Assembly (NCBI GenBank): GCA_947630785.1
Contig: CANRIW010000007.1
Location: 18 to 64,017 of the forward strand
Source: an uncultured Oscillospiraceae bacterium
GTDB taxonomy: Bacteria > Bacillota > Clostridia > Oscillospirales > Oscillospiraceae
Length of the DNA: 64,000 nucleotides
Reading direction: 5' to 3'
Position numbers and translations under genes: made by a program. Positions 1-8,575 of this stretch are shown one piece after another (the first letter of the stretch is position 1; every line of letters begins with the position of its first letter). The notes under the pieces are model-generated. The model searched no databases and was not told where the DNA came from. It saw only the letters and a list, made by a program, of their open reading frames with translations.

Positions 1-60
1 TCTCCGTAAATCAAAACCAAGCCTATGCAACCGCTTAGACTCGGTTTTTCGACAAGCTGA

Positions 61-99
61 AGCGTCGGATCCGGCTTTCGCCGGATCCGACGCTTTTTG
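61..99 (+). terminator. Rho-independent terminator-like hairpin
   Basis: 15-bp perfect stem AGCGTCGGATCCGGC / GCCGGATCCGACGCT with a TTTC loop, followed by TTTTT. It lies just beyond the 3' end of buk, but the U-tract is on the plus strand, so it probably ends a gene left of the window. Confidence 0.6.
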
Positions 100-142
100 T
101 CGGCGCTGTGCCCCGTGCCTTGTGAGGCATGGAGATGCTTAT

Positions 143-1243
143 TCAGCCTTTCAGATAGTCAAAGCCCTGGAATACGGGTACGCCGGTGTACTGCCTGACG
201 CTCTCCTCGCCCTTCAGGGCGCGGATGGCGCCGGCGGCCAGGGCCTCCATCTCAAATTCGCCCGCCTGGACGGAGATGGGGGCGATCCAGCCTACGTAAC
301 GGCTGAGTTCATCCACCAGATACTTATCATGGGCGATGCCGCCGGTGAAAATGATGGCGTCCACCCTGCCCTCCAGGACGGCGGCGCAGCCGCCTACCGC
401 CTTGGCCAGCTGGCGGATGAATGCGTCATACACCAGTTTGGCGTATTTGTCACCCTTGTTGATACGCTCCACGATTTCCCTGGCGTCGGCGGTGCCCAGG
501 TGGTCCACCAGACCGCCGTGCTTCATCACCCGGTCGATGAGCTCCTTCTCGGTGAATTGGCCGGAAAAGCTCATGCGGATCACGTCGGTGGCGGGGACCC
601 AGCCGGCCCGGGTGGGGGCCATGGGCCCGTCGCCGTTGAGGGCGTCGTTGCAGCAGCAGAGCTGCCCCTTCCGGTGGGCCGCCACCGACACGCCTCCGCC
701 GATATGGCAGCAGATGAGGTTCATATCCTCATACTTTTTGCCCTGAGAGGCGGCGTAGCGGATGCAGTTTTCCTTCTGGTTCAGGGGATGGCCCTTGCTC
801 TGGCGGAAGACCTCATGAAAGCCGGTGACCCGTTCCACGTCATCCAGCTCGTCCACGTCCGGGGGATTGACGCAGAACATCTCGCCCCCGTACCGCTTCT
901 GCAGCTCCAGGGCGATCTGCACGCCAAGGGTGTTGGGATGACGGGTGACGCAGGCCCGGGCGTCCCGCAGCATGATGTCGTTGATGGCGTACACACCGCT
1001 GACCAGACCCACCAGGCCGCCGCCCCGGGCGGCCCAGGCGTCCACCTGGGACAGGTCGATCCCCGCCGCCTCCACCTCCGCAAGGATGGTCTCCATGCGG
1101 AAGGGAAGCTGGTCGGCGATCTCCTTGAATTTTTTCAGCTCGTTGGCGTCGTGATCCACATTCTTCTGGAACAGCTTCTGATCGTCCTCAAACAGGGCGA
1201 TCTTGGTGGAGGTGGAGCCAGGATTGATGGCAAATATCCTCAT
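143..1243 (-). CDS. buk: Butyrate kinase (Buk/ASKHA family)
   Basis: 366-aa ORF. N-terminal INPGSTSTKIALF motif and full-length resemblance to clostridial Buk (remembered sequence). Starts 3 nt downstream of the pta-type gene. Confidence 0.9.
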   Translation of the reverse strand: MRIFAINPGSTSTKIALFEDDQKLFQKNVDHDANELKKFKEIADQLPFRMETILAEVEAAGIDLSQVDAWAARGGGLVGLVSGVYAINDIMLRDARACVTRHPNTLGVQIALELQKRYGGEMFCVNPPDVDELDDVERVTGFHEVFRQSKGHPLNQKENCIRYAASQGKKYEDMNLICCHIGGGVSVAAHRKGQLCCCNDALNGDGPMAPTRAGWVPATDVIRMSFSGQFTEKELIDRVMKHGGLVDHLGTADAREIVERINKGDKYAKLVYDAFIRQLAKAVGGCAAVLEGRVDAIIFTGGIAHDKYLVDELSRYVGWIAPISVQAGEFEMEALAAGAIRALKGEESVRQYTGVPVFQGFDYLKG

Positions 1244-1246
1244 GGG

Positions 1247-2245
1247 TCACTTGTTGTTCTGGGCGCGGACGCCGGCGATGGCCACATTGCCCACGATCTC
1301 GGACACGGGGGCGCTGCGGGAGCAGTCGCACACGATCTTCTTGAAGCCCTGGAGCACGGGGCCGTAGGCGTCGGCATGGCCGAAGATCTGCAGCAGCTTC
1401 ACGCCGATGTTGCCCACGTTCAGGTCGGGCCAGATGATGATGTTGGCCTTGCCGGCCACGGGGCTCTCCCGCTTGACCTTCTTGGCGGCCACGGCGGGGA
1501 CGATGGCGGCGTCCAGCTGGAACTCGCCGTCGATGGCGTAGGTGGGCCGCATCTGCCGGGCGATCTCCACGCCCTTGCGCACCTTGTCCACCAGCTCGCT
1601 CTCGGCGCTGCCGTCGGTGGAGTAGGACACCATGGCGCAACGGGGCTCCCAGCCCAGCAGATCCCGGGCGGTGTCGCAGGCGGACACGGCGATGGAGGCC
1701 AGGTCGGCGGGGTCGGGATTGACGCACACGGCGCTGTCGCCGATGATGAGCAGGTCGCCCTCGCTGCCGTTCCAGCCGGGGATCTGGGACACGCCGATGC
1801 TGGACACGGTGGTGACGCCCTCTTTCAGGCCCACGATGGTCTGGCCGCCCCAGATGACTTCGCCGGTGGTGTGGCTCATGCCGGCGAACATCACGTCCAC
1901 CTTGCCGATGGCCAGCATCATCAGGGCCACGTACATATCGTCCTTGGCCTTGCGGCGGATGGCCTTTGCGCTCATCTCGGTGTTGACCTCGCCGTAGGCA
2001 TTGAAGACCTCCTCGCAGGCGGCCTCATCGGTGGTGTCGAACACGGAGATGCCGGTCATATCGATGCCGAACTGGGCCACGGCGGCCTTGATCTCCTCGC
2101 CCTTGCCCACCAGCATGGGCTTGCAGATCCCCTGGGCGGCGCACTCCTGGGCCGCCTTCAGGATCTTCTCCTCGCCGATCTCGGGGAACGCCACGATCTG
2201 CGGATCGGCCTTGGCCTTCCGCAAAATCTCATCCATCATACCCAT
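1247..2245 (-). CDS. pta: Phosphate acyltransferase, Pta-type (phosphate acetyl/butyryltransferase family)
   Basis: 332 aa. The C-terminal DGEFQLDAA...AGKANIIIWPDLNVGNIGVKL...YGPVLQG region resembles short-form Pta rather than clostridial Ptb. GAGGAGG RBS upstream of the ATG. Confidence 0.8.
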   Translation of the reverse strand: MGMMDEILRKAKADPQIVAFPEIGEEKILKAAQECAAQGICKPMLVGKGEEIKAAVAQFGIDMTGISVFDTTDEAACEEVFNAYGEVNTEMSAKAIRRKAKDDMYVALMMLAIGKVDVMFAGMSHTTGEVIWGGQTIVGLKEGVTTVSSIGVSQIPGWNGSEGDLLIIGDSAVCVNPDPADLASIAVSACDTARDLLGWEPRCAMVSYSTDGSAESELVDKVRKGVEIARQMRPTYAIDGEFQLDAAIVPAVAAKKVKRESPVAGKANIIIWPDLNVGNIGVKLLQIFGHADAYGPVLQGFKKIVCDCSRSAPVSEIVGNVAIAGVRAQNNK

Positions 2246-2260
2246 GGCACATTCCTCCTC

Positions 2261-4027
2261 TCAGCGATAGGTGTAGTTGCCCGCCTTGTATTTGGGCGGG
2301 ATGACAGGGATCTGGAGATAGCTCTCGTACTGCCCGCCGGTGTGGATGATGTGCTGGCCGTGGTTGTCGGTCTCCCAGGTCAGCGGCTCGAACCAGCCCT
2401 CGCGGATGTAGCGGCCGGCCACCTCCACCCGGAGCTGCTGGCCCTTGTGCCAGATCCAGCTGGTGGGCACCAGGGCGATGTCCACGGGGACGATCTCGCC
2501 CTTCTGCAGCTTCAGCTCCCGCTTGTGGGACAGGACGGGCTCGAAATCGGTGGACAGCTTGGGATCCAGCTCCCGGTGGGACACGCGCAGCTTGCCCCAG
2601 GTGCCGGGGTGGGGCTCGCCCAGGATGCTGGTGGGCAGCCAGTTGCCGTCCTCATCCAGCTTCTTGATGGTGATGAACAGATCCATGTCGTCGTGACCGT
2701 CGGCTTCCACCCACATACGGAGCTTCATGTAGCCGGTGATCTCGGTGTCCTCCTCGAACTTGATGTCGAAGTTGACCTGCTCGGTGTTGGACTCGTAGCT
2801 GACCTTGCTCTCCACCGCGGGATTCTCCCAGTTCAGGGAGCCGTCGGCGGCGTTGAGGTACAGCTTCTTGTACTGGGTGCGGGCCAGGGGGAACTCCTTC
2901 TCGGGCCGGTCGGTCTGATAGTCGTAGTCGTAGGCGTCCATGACCTCGATGCGGTAGCGGGGGGTCATCTCGAAGCAGTTGTGGACGTCCTTCAGGAACC
3001 GGTCGTAGAAGTTCTTCAGGTCCATGGCGTGGGCGGTGTTGTACAGATCGGGCCACTCCTGCTCCCGGTGGGCGCGCATCCACTTCTTGGTGGAGCGGAT
3101 CTTGCGGAAGAAGTTGAAGGAGCCGTGGAGATGGAAGTGCTGCCAGGACGCGCAGGCGTACACGGGGATGCGGATCTTCTTGAAGTCGGGGATCTTGTCC
3201 TCCCAGTAGCCGTTCATCAGGGGATAGTGGCGGCCGTTCTCCACCTGGTCGTCGATCTTGTTGGGGCCGGTGAGGGAGGCCACGATGAACTCGTTGAAGC
3301 TCAGGGCCGGGATGCCGCCCTCGTAGATGGACTCGCGGTAGATGTCGCAGGTGGCCTCCCAGGGGGCGATGCAGGCCAGGTGGGGGGGCTGGGTGGCGGC
3401 GATGCGGACCTGGGTCATGGCCACGCAGGAGTTGCCGCCCATGCCCACCTTGCCGGAGCACCAGGGCTGCTGAGCGACCCACTCGATGAAGTCGTAGCCG
3501 TCCTGGGCGTCGATGGAGCCGAACATGTCGATGTCGCCCTCAGAATGGCCGGTGCCGCGGGGGTCGACGTTGGCGATGGCGTAGCCGTTATGGCACCAGA
3601 AGCCGGGGTCGGGGGACTCGAACTTGGCCATGGTGGAGATGGTGCCGGGGGCCACGCCCATCACCTGCCACTCGCTCATGCCGTCGCCGGGGCGCTTGCC
3701 GTAGTAGCTCCAGGAGATCAGCACGGGGACCTTCTCGGTGGTGTTGGGGCGGTAGATGTCGGTGTAGATCTTGGTGCCGTCCCGGAGGATGACGGGAACG
3801 TCCTGCTCGCAGATGAGGCCGTCCTCGGTCATATAGGTGCGCTGGTTGAACTTGGCGCAGAAGCCGTGGGCGGTGGAGGCGATGCCCTCCAGTTTGGACA
3901 GATCGAGACCTTCCTCGGGATCCACGGGGGTGCGGGCCTGGCGGTAGAAGACCTCGATCTCCTCCCCCTTCATGACCCTCTTCTCAGAGAAGATCTCGTG
4001 GCCGTTGGACATACCTTTGGATTCCAT
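2261..4027 (-). CDS. CocE/NonD family hydrolase (S15 X-Pro dipeptidyl-peptidase-like alpha/beta hydrolase)
   Basis: 588 aa. DPRGTGHSEG motif, nucleophile elbow GGNSCVA, and a long C-terminal beta-domain typical of the family. AAAGGAG RBS. Confidence 0.85.
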   Translation of the reverse strand: MESKGMSNGHEIFSEKRVMKGEEIEVFYRQARTPVDPEEGLDLSKLEGIASTAHGFCAKFNQRTYMTEDGLICEQDVPVILRDGTKIYTDIYRPNTTEKVPVLISWSYYGKRPGDGMSEWQVMGVAPGTISTMAKFESPDPGFWCHNGYAIANVDPRGTGHSEGDIDMFGSIDAQDGYDFIEWVAQQPWCSGKVGMGGNSCVAMTQVRIAATQPPHLACIAPWEATCDIYRESIYEGGIPALSFNEFIVASLTGPNKIDDQVENGRHYPLMNGYWEDKIPDFKKIRIPVYACASWQHFHLHGSFNFFRKIRSTKKWMRAHREQEWPDLYNTAHAMDLKNFYDRFLKDVHNCFEMTPRYRIEVMDAYDYDYQTDRPEKEFPLARTQYKKLYLNAADGSLNWENPAVESKVSYESNTEQVNFDIKFEEDTEITGYMKLRMWVEADGHDDMDLFITIKKLDEDGNWLPTSILGEPHPGTWGKLRVSHRELDPKLSTDFEPVLSHKRELKLQKGEIVPVDIALVPTSWIWHKGQQLRVEVAGRYIREGWFEPLTWETDNHGQHIIHTGGQYESYLQIPVIPPKYKAGNYTYR

Positions 4028-4042
4028 TCAGGTGCTCCTTTC

Positions 4043-4282
4043 TCAGCCGTCGATCAGCCCGCAGACAAAGTCGACGGCCTCGCCGATGGTGGCCTTGCGG
4101 CGGAAGTCCATGAAGGGGATCTCCACGTCGAACTCGTCCTCCAGCACGTTGATCATAGAGGAATAGTTGACGGACTTCATGCCCAGGTCGGCAAAGGCGG
4201 TGGCCTCGGTGTAGTCCTTCGCGCCCAGCATGGCGGTCAGACGCTCCACGATCTTCTCATAAACATTGGTACGCTCTTCCAT
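4043..4282 (-). CDS. Acyl/peptidyl carrier protein-like (PP-binding)
   Basis: 79 aa, acidic, four-helix-sized. Has DLGMKSVNYSSMI where the usual DLGxDSL phosphopantetheine-Ser motif sits. AGGAGG RBS. Confidence 0.65.
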   Translation of the reverse strand: MEERTNVYEKIVERLTAMLGAKDYTEATAFADLGMKSVNYSSMINVLEDEFDVEIPFMDFRRKATIGEAVDFVCGLIDG

Positions 4283-4352
4283 GATAAATGACCTCCTAAA
4301 AAATTTTTGGATTTATATCGATCTTATCAGATCACAAAAGAATGGGGCGCCA

Positions 4353-4919
4353 TCAGCGACGGCAGGGGATGGGCCTGGGCGGGCACCGGGGCTTGATGGC
4401 GCCGGCAATCACGATGGCGTCCTCCTCACAGGCCTCTTTGCACTTTCCGCACTGGGTACACTCGTTCTGGTCGATGACGTGGACGAATTTGGCGCGGCCC
4501 TGGATGGCGTCGTCCTCGCAGGCGTCCATGCAGTCGCCGCAGCCCACGCACTTGTCGGCCAGGATGTGGTAGGTGACGAACCGCTTGCACACGCCGGCCT
4601 TGCAGCTCCGCTTGGCGATGTGCTGGGCGAATTCGTCGGCGTACTTCTCCATCACCGCCAGGGCGGTATCGGCCAGCTCCACGCCGTCCTCGCACAGCGC
4701 CTGGGTCTTCATCAGGCCGCACAGCTTGCGCAGCTGGTCCATGTCGGTGCTGCGGCTCTTCTTCATGGTGATGTCGTTCAGGGTCATCTCCAGCTGGGCG
4801 GCGCCCTCATAGCCGAAGACGCACTTGCCGCAGTCCAGGCATTTGTGGCCCCGGACGTATTTCAGCAGCTCGTCCACGGGGCAGCAGGTCTCAGGCAGGT
4901 TCAGCAATTTTTCCTCCAT
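4353..4919 (-). CDS. Fe-S protein: NuoF-type 4Fe-4S binding motif plus 2x[4Fe-4S] ferredoxin domain
   Basis: Start chosen at MEEKLL (TGATG overlap with the upstream stop). Motifs CGKCVFGYEG, CVGCGDCMDAC and CTQCGKCKEAC. Confidence 0.75.
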   Translation of the reverse strand: MEEKLLNLPETCCPVDELLKYVRGHKCLDCGKCVFGYEGAAQLEMTLNDITMKKSRSTDMDQLRKLCGLMKTQALCEDGVELADTALAVMEKYADEFAQHIAKRSCKAGVCKRFVTYHILADKCVGCGDCMDACEDDAIQGRAKFVHVIDQNECTQCGKCKEACEEDAIVIAGAIKPRCPPRPIPCRR

Positions 4920-7051
4920 CACTCGCCACCTCCGTATTCGTTCCAGAGCTTTACCGTCTCCAGCTGGAGCCGGAGGTCGCACTGGAGGCAGCGCTGGGCC
5001 TCGCAGTGGGCCTGCTCGCAGGTGTAGGTCCGGTAGACGTTCTCGTCCCCGTTCTTGACACGGGTCTCCGGGTCGATGACGTCCATCTCCACCCGGGGCA
5101 GCGTCCCGAACCCCGGGAACTCCCCGATGTGGGGATCGGCCGTCCGCTCCACCAGCGTCTCCTCGATGTCTCCGTCGCCCCCCAGGTATTTGTCGATGAC
5201 GGAGGTCACCTCACGCCCCGACGCGATGGCCTTGATCACGAAGCTGATGCCCGTAATGGCGTCGCCCGCCGCGAAAATGCCCTCCACGCTGGTCTTGAAT
5301 CCGCTCTTGCCCGTCTCCGGGTCGATGGGATACCCCATCCGGTTCAGCTCGATGCCGAAGTTCTCGAAGTCCTGGAGACCGGTGTACTGGCCCGTGGCGA
5401 AGATGACGCTGTCGCAGGGAATGACAGTCTGGCTCCCCTCTACCGCCACCTCCGTCACCTTGCCGGTGGCCCGGTCATAGGTGGAGGACTTCACCGTGTG
5501 GACCCGGAGGCCGGTGACCTTCTCCTGGGTGCCCTCGATCTCCTCGAAGGAGCGGCCGGGCAGGATGTTCACGCCCTCCTCGGCCCCCTCCACCTGGTCC
5601 TCCTTGTCGGCCAGGATTTTGTCCGCCGGCTCGATGCAGGCCAGGTTCACCGTCAGGCCCTTCCGCACCAGGGACCGGGCCGCGTCGAACCCCACGGAGC
5701 CGCCGCCGATGACGCAGACGGTCTTGCCCAGGTAGGAGATATCCTTGTTCGCCCGCAGGTCGGCCAGCACGTCGATGGCGGTGTAGACCTGGTCGAAGTT
5801 GGCGCCGGGCAGGAAGCCCAGCTTCTTGCCCTTGGACACGCCCACCGCCACCAGCACGGCGTCGTAGTCCTTTTTCAGGGCGGCCACGTCGGAGACCTCG
5901 TGGTTCACCTCGTACTTCACGCCGGACTGGATGATGTAGTCGATCTCGGCGTTGACCCCCTCGATGGGCAGCCGGTAGGCCGGGATGCCGCTGGTCATGG
6001 GGCCGCCCAGCTGGGGACGCTTCTCCAGCACGGTCACGTCGTGGCCCAGCTTGTTCAGGTAGTAGGCCGCGGTGAGGCCGCAGGGGCCGGAGCCCACCAC
6101 CGCCACCCGCTTGCCGGTGCGGGGTTTCATAAAGCCCTTGCCCTTCCAGGTCTGTTCCTTGTCGTTCTCCACGGCGAACCGCTTCAAATTCCGGATGGAC
6201 AGGGGGTCGTTCACGTCGGTGCGCTTGCAGCCGGTCTCGCAGAGATGGTTGCAGATGTAGCCCAGGGTCAGGGGGAAGGTCAGCTTCTCCCGCATGATGG
6301 CCACCGCGTCGCCGGGCCTCCCCTCACGGACCGCCCGGATGTACTCCGGGATGTTGGTGTGAGCGGGACACTCGGCCCGGCAGGGCACCACGTTGTCGGC
6401 GTAGGCGGGATGCTTTTCCATCACGCCCACCGCGTCCACGATGGAGCCGGTGGGGCACACCTCGATGCAGGCCCCGCAGAAGCGGCAGCCCGCCTCCACC
6501 AGGCTCTTGCCCCCGGGCACCCCGGCGTGGACGCCCACGCCGTCCCGGATGTAGTCCAGCACCTTGACGCCCCGCAGGTCCTGGCAGGCGCGGATGCACC
6601 GGCCGCAGCGGATGCAACGGGTGAACAGGTGGGAGATCAGGGGATTGGAGTCGTTGTTGGGGACAGGGCGGGACTTCATGCGCCAGTCCTGCCCGTTGAC
6701 CCCCATGTACTGATAGAGGCTCTGCAGCTCGCACTTGCCGTATTTGGGGCAACCGGTACAGTCGGCGGGATGGGTGGCCAGCATCAGCTCCATGGAGGTG
6801 CGGCGGGTCAGCTCCGCGGCCTCGGTCCTGCTGTCCACCACCATGCCCTCGGCCACGGTGGTGGTGCAGGCGGGGACAGGCACGTCCCCGCCGTCCACCG
6901 TCACGCTGCACAGGCGGCAGCCGCCCTTGGCCTCCAGGTCAGGGTGGTCGCACAGATGGGGGATGTACACCCCCGCCGCCAGCGCCGCATGGAGGACCGA
7001 CTGCCCCTCGGCGGCCTGGATGACCTGGCCGTTGACAGTCAGCGTCACCAT
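4919..7051 (-). CDS. Fusion oxidoreductase: 2Fe-2S ferredoxin / NuoG-like 4Fe-4S N-terminus plus GltD/NfnB-like NAD(P)H-FAD module
   Basis: Start at MVTLTVNG. Motifs CDHPDLEAKGGCRLCSV, CIRCGRCIRAC and CRFCGACIEVC, then VAVVGSGPCGLTAAYYL and GGGSVGFDAA dinucleotide folds. AAGGTGGG RBS inside the upstream gene. Confidence 0.85.
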   Translation of the reverse strand: MVTLTVNGQVIQAAEGQSVLHAALAAGVYIPHLCDHPDLEAKGGCRLCSVTVDGGDVPVPACTTTVAEGMVVDSRTEAAELTRRTSMELMLATHPADCTGCPKYGKCELQSLYQYMGVNGQDWRMKSRPVPNNDSNPLISHLFTRCIRCGRCIRACQDLRGVKVLDYIRDGVGVHAGVPGGKSLVEAGCRFCGACIEVCPTGSIVDAVGVMEKHPAYADNVVPCRAECPAHTNIPEYIRAVREGRPGDAVAIMREKLTFPLTLGYICNHLCETGCKRTDVNDPLSIRNLKRFAVENDKEQTWKGKGFMKPRTGKRVAVVGSGPCGLTAAYYLNKLGHDVTVLEKRPQLGGPMTSGIPAYRLPIEGVNAEIDYIIQSGVKYEVNHEVSDVAALKKDYDAVLVAVGVSKGKKLGFLPGANFDQVYTAIDVLADLRANKDISYLGKTVCVIGGGSVGFDAARSLVRKGLTVNLACIEPADKILADKEDQVEGAEEGVNILPGRSFEEIEGTQEKVTGLRVHTVKSSTYDRATGKVTEVAVEGSQTVIPCDSVIFATGQYTGLQDFENFGIELNRMGYPIDPETGKSGFKTSVEGIFAAGDAITGISFVIKAIASGREVTSVIDKYLGGDGDIEETLVERTADPHIGEFPGFGTLPRVEMDVIDPETRVKNGDENVYRTYTCEQAHCEAQRCLQCDLRLQLETVKLWNEYGGGE

Positions 7052-7052
7052 A

Positions 7053-8531
7053 TCAGAAGCCCACCTTTGCCGCGGCGTTTTCACCGGCGATGCGGCCGGA
7101 GTTCAGGCAGAAGCCCATGGTGTTGCCGGACAGCACGAAGGGATAGGAGTCGCCGTAGATGGAGCAGGCGTCGGTGCCCACGCAGTACAGGCCGGGGATG
7201 GGACGGGCGTCCTCGTTCACGGCCTCCATCTTGTGGTTGATCTTCACGCCGCCCAGGGAGCCGTAGGCGCCCACGGTCTGGCGGCAGCAGTAGAAGGGCC
7301 CCTTCTCGACCTTCTGCATATAGGCGCGGTTCTTCTCGAACAGCTCGTCGTAGCCGGCGTCGCACATGGCGTTGTACTCCTCCACCTGAGCCACCAGGCC
7401 GTCCACGTCGATGCCGGCGTTTTTGGCCAGCTCCTCGATGGTGTCGCCCTGGGCGATGGGCTCGTAGCCGGCGGCCAGATCCCGCTCCCACTGCTCGTCG
7501 AAGTGGTCGTACAGGTCGTGGGGATGGACGTGGGAGATGATGTCAGGCCCGTGCTTCTTATAGCGCTTGAGGGCCTTGCTGTCGAAGATGGAGAAGGCCA
7601 CCTTGCCGGGGAGGTGGGAGATAGCGTTGCCGGTGAAGGTGGTGTTGCCGATCTGATCCTCGGGCATGAAGCGGTTGCCGTTGCGGTCTACCCACAGGCA
7701 GGGCTGACGGAAGGCACCCTCGATGATGAAGTGGTTCATGTTGTCAGGCAGCTGGTACATGATCTCCATGATGATAGGGGTCTTGGCGGCGCCCGCCTCC
7801 CAGCACATCTTCATGCCGTCGCCCTTCATGCCGGGCACGGCGAAGTTGAAGATGGTCTTGCCGAACTCGAAGCCGGTGTACTCCTTGATCATCTCCGGGT
7901 TGTCGCCAAAGCCGCCGGTGGCCACGATGGTGGAGGGCGCGCGGCACTCGATCTCCTCGCCGCTCTTGTCCACGGCGACCACGCCCACCACGGCGCCGTC
8001 CTCCTGGATGAGCTTCTTCACGGGGGTCTCCAGATAGAACTCCACACCCAGGCTCTGGGCGTACTCGGTCATCTTCTTCATCATGCCGGAGGCGGCGCGG
8101 GGGCCGGGAACGCCGCCGCCCTCGGGCTTGCAGACGTGCCAGGTGAACTCGCCGTCAGAGTAGGGGCGGGTGGCCTCGTCCGCGCCGAAGGCCCGCTGCA
8201 CGCCCACGAACTCCACGCCCATGTTGCACAGCCAGTCGATGGTGTCGCCGGACTTGAAGTAGTAGTCCCGCACCAGGCGGGGGTCCACATGGTAGTGGGT
8301 GAAATACATGTGCTTGCGGAAAGCCTCGATGGGGCTCAGGGGGATCATGTGCTCACGCTGGATGCGGGAGCCCACGCCCAGGGGGCCCATGCCCATGTTG
8401 GCGGCGCCGCCGGTGGTGCTGGCCTTCTCAAAGCAGACCACTCGGGCGCCCCCCTCGGCGGCGGCGCAGCAGGCGGCCAGACCACTCAGGCCCGCGGCCA
8501 CGACGATGACATCGGTTTCCAGTTGCTTCAT
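7053..8531 (-). CDS. FAD-dependent oxidoreductase, fumarate reductase / urocanate reductase / KstD-like (FAD_binding_2)
   Basis: 492 aa. N-terminal DVIVVAAGLSGLAAC GxGxxG, a central capping domain, and C-terminal GLYCVGTDA. AAGGAGG RBS. Confidence 0.85.
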   Translation of the reverse strand: MKQLETDVIVVAAGLSGLAACCAAAEGGARVVCFEKASTTGGAANMGMGPLGVGSRIQREHMIPLSPIEAFRKHMYFTHYHVDPRLVRDYYFKSGDTIDWLCNMGVEFVGVQRAFGADEATRPYSDGEFTWHVCKPEGGGVPGPRAASGMMKKMTEYAQSLGVEFYLETPVKKLIQEDGAVVGVVAVDKSGEEIECRAPSTIVATGGFGDNPEMIKEYTGFEFGKTIFNFAVPGMKGDGMKMCWEAGAAKTPIIMEIMYQLPDNMNHFIIEGAFRQPCLWVDRNGNRFMPEDQIGNTTFTGNAISHLPGKVAFSIFDSKALKRYKKHGPDIISHVHPHDLYDHFDEQWERDLAAGYEPIAQGDTIEELAKNAGIDVDGLVAQVEEYNAMCDAGYDELFEKNRAYMQKVEKGPFYCCRQTVGAYGSLGGVKINHKMEAVNEDARPIPGLYCVGTDACSIYGDSYPFVLSGNTMGFCLNSGRIAGENAAAKVGF

Positions 8532-8575
8532 AGTGTTTACCTCCTTAAAACTAACATATATGATAATTAAATCGC

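Noticed and set aside
122-4291. 1389-aa ORF on the plus strand spanning buk, pta, the CocE/NonD gene and the ACP gene
   Set aside because: Its translation is low-complexity (Gly/Ala/Val/His/Leu/Asp-rich) with no motifs. It lies antisense to four ORFs with clear family motifs and RBSs, making it a typical high-GC shadow ORF. The same reasoning applies to 5006-7240, 6735-8570 and 8639-9718.
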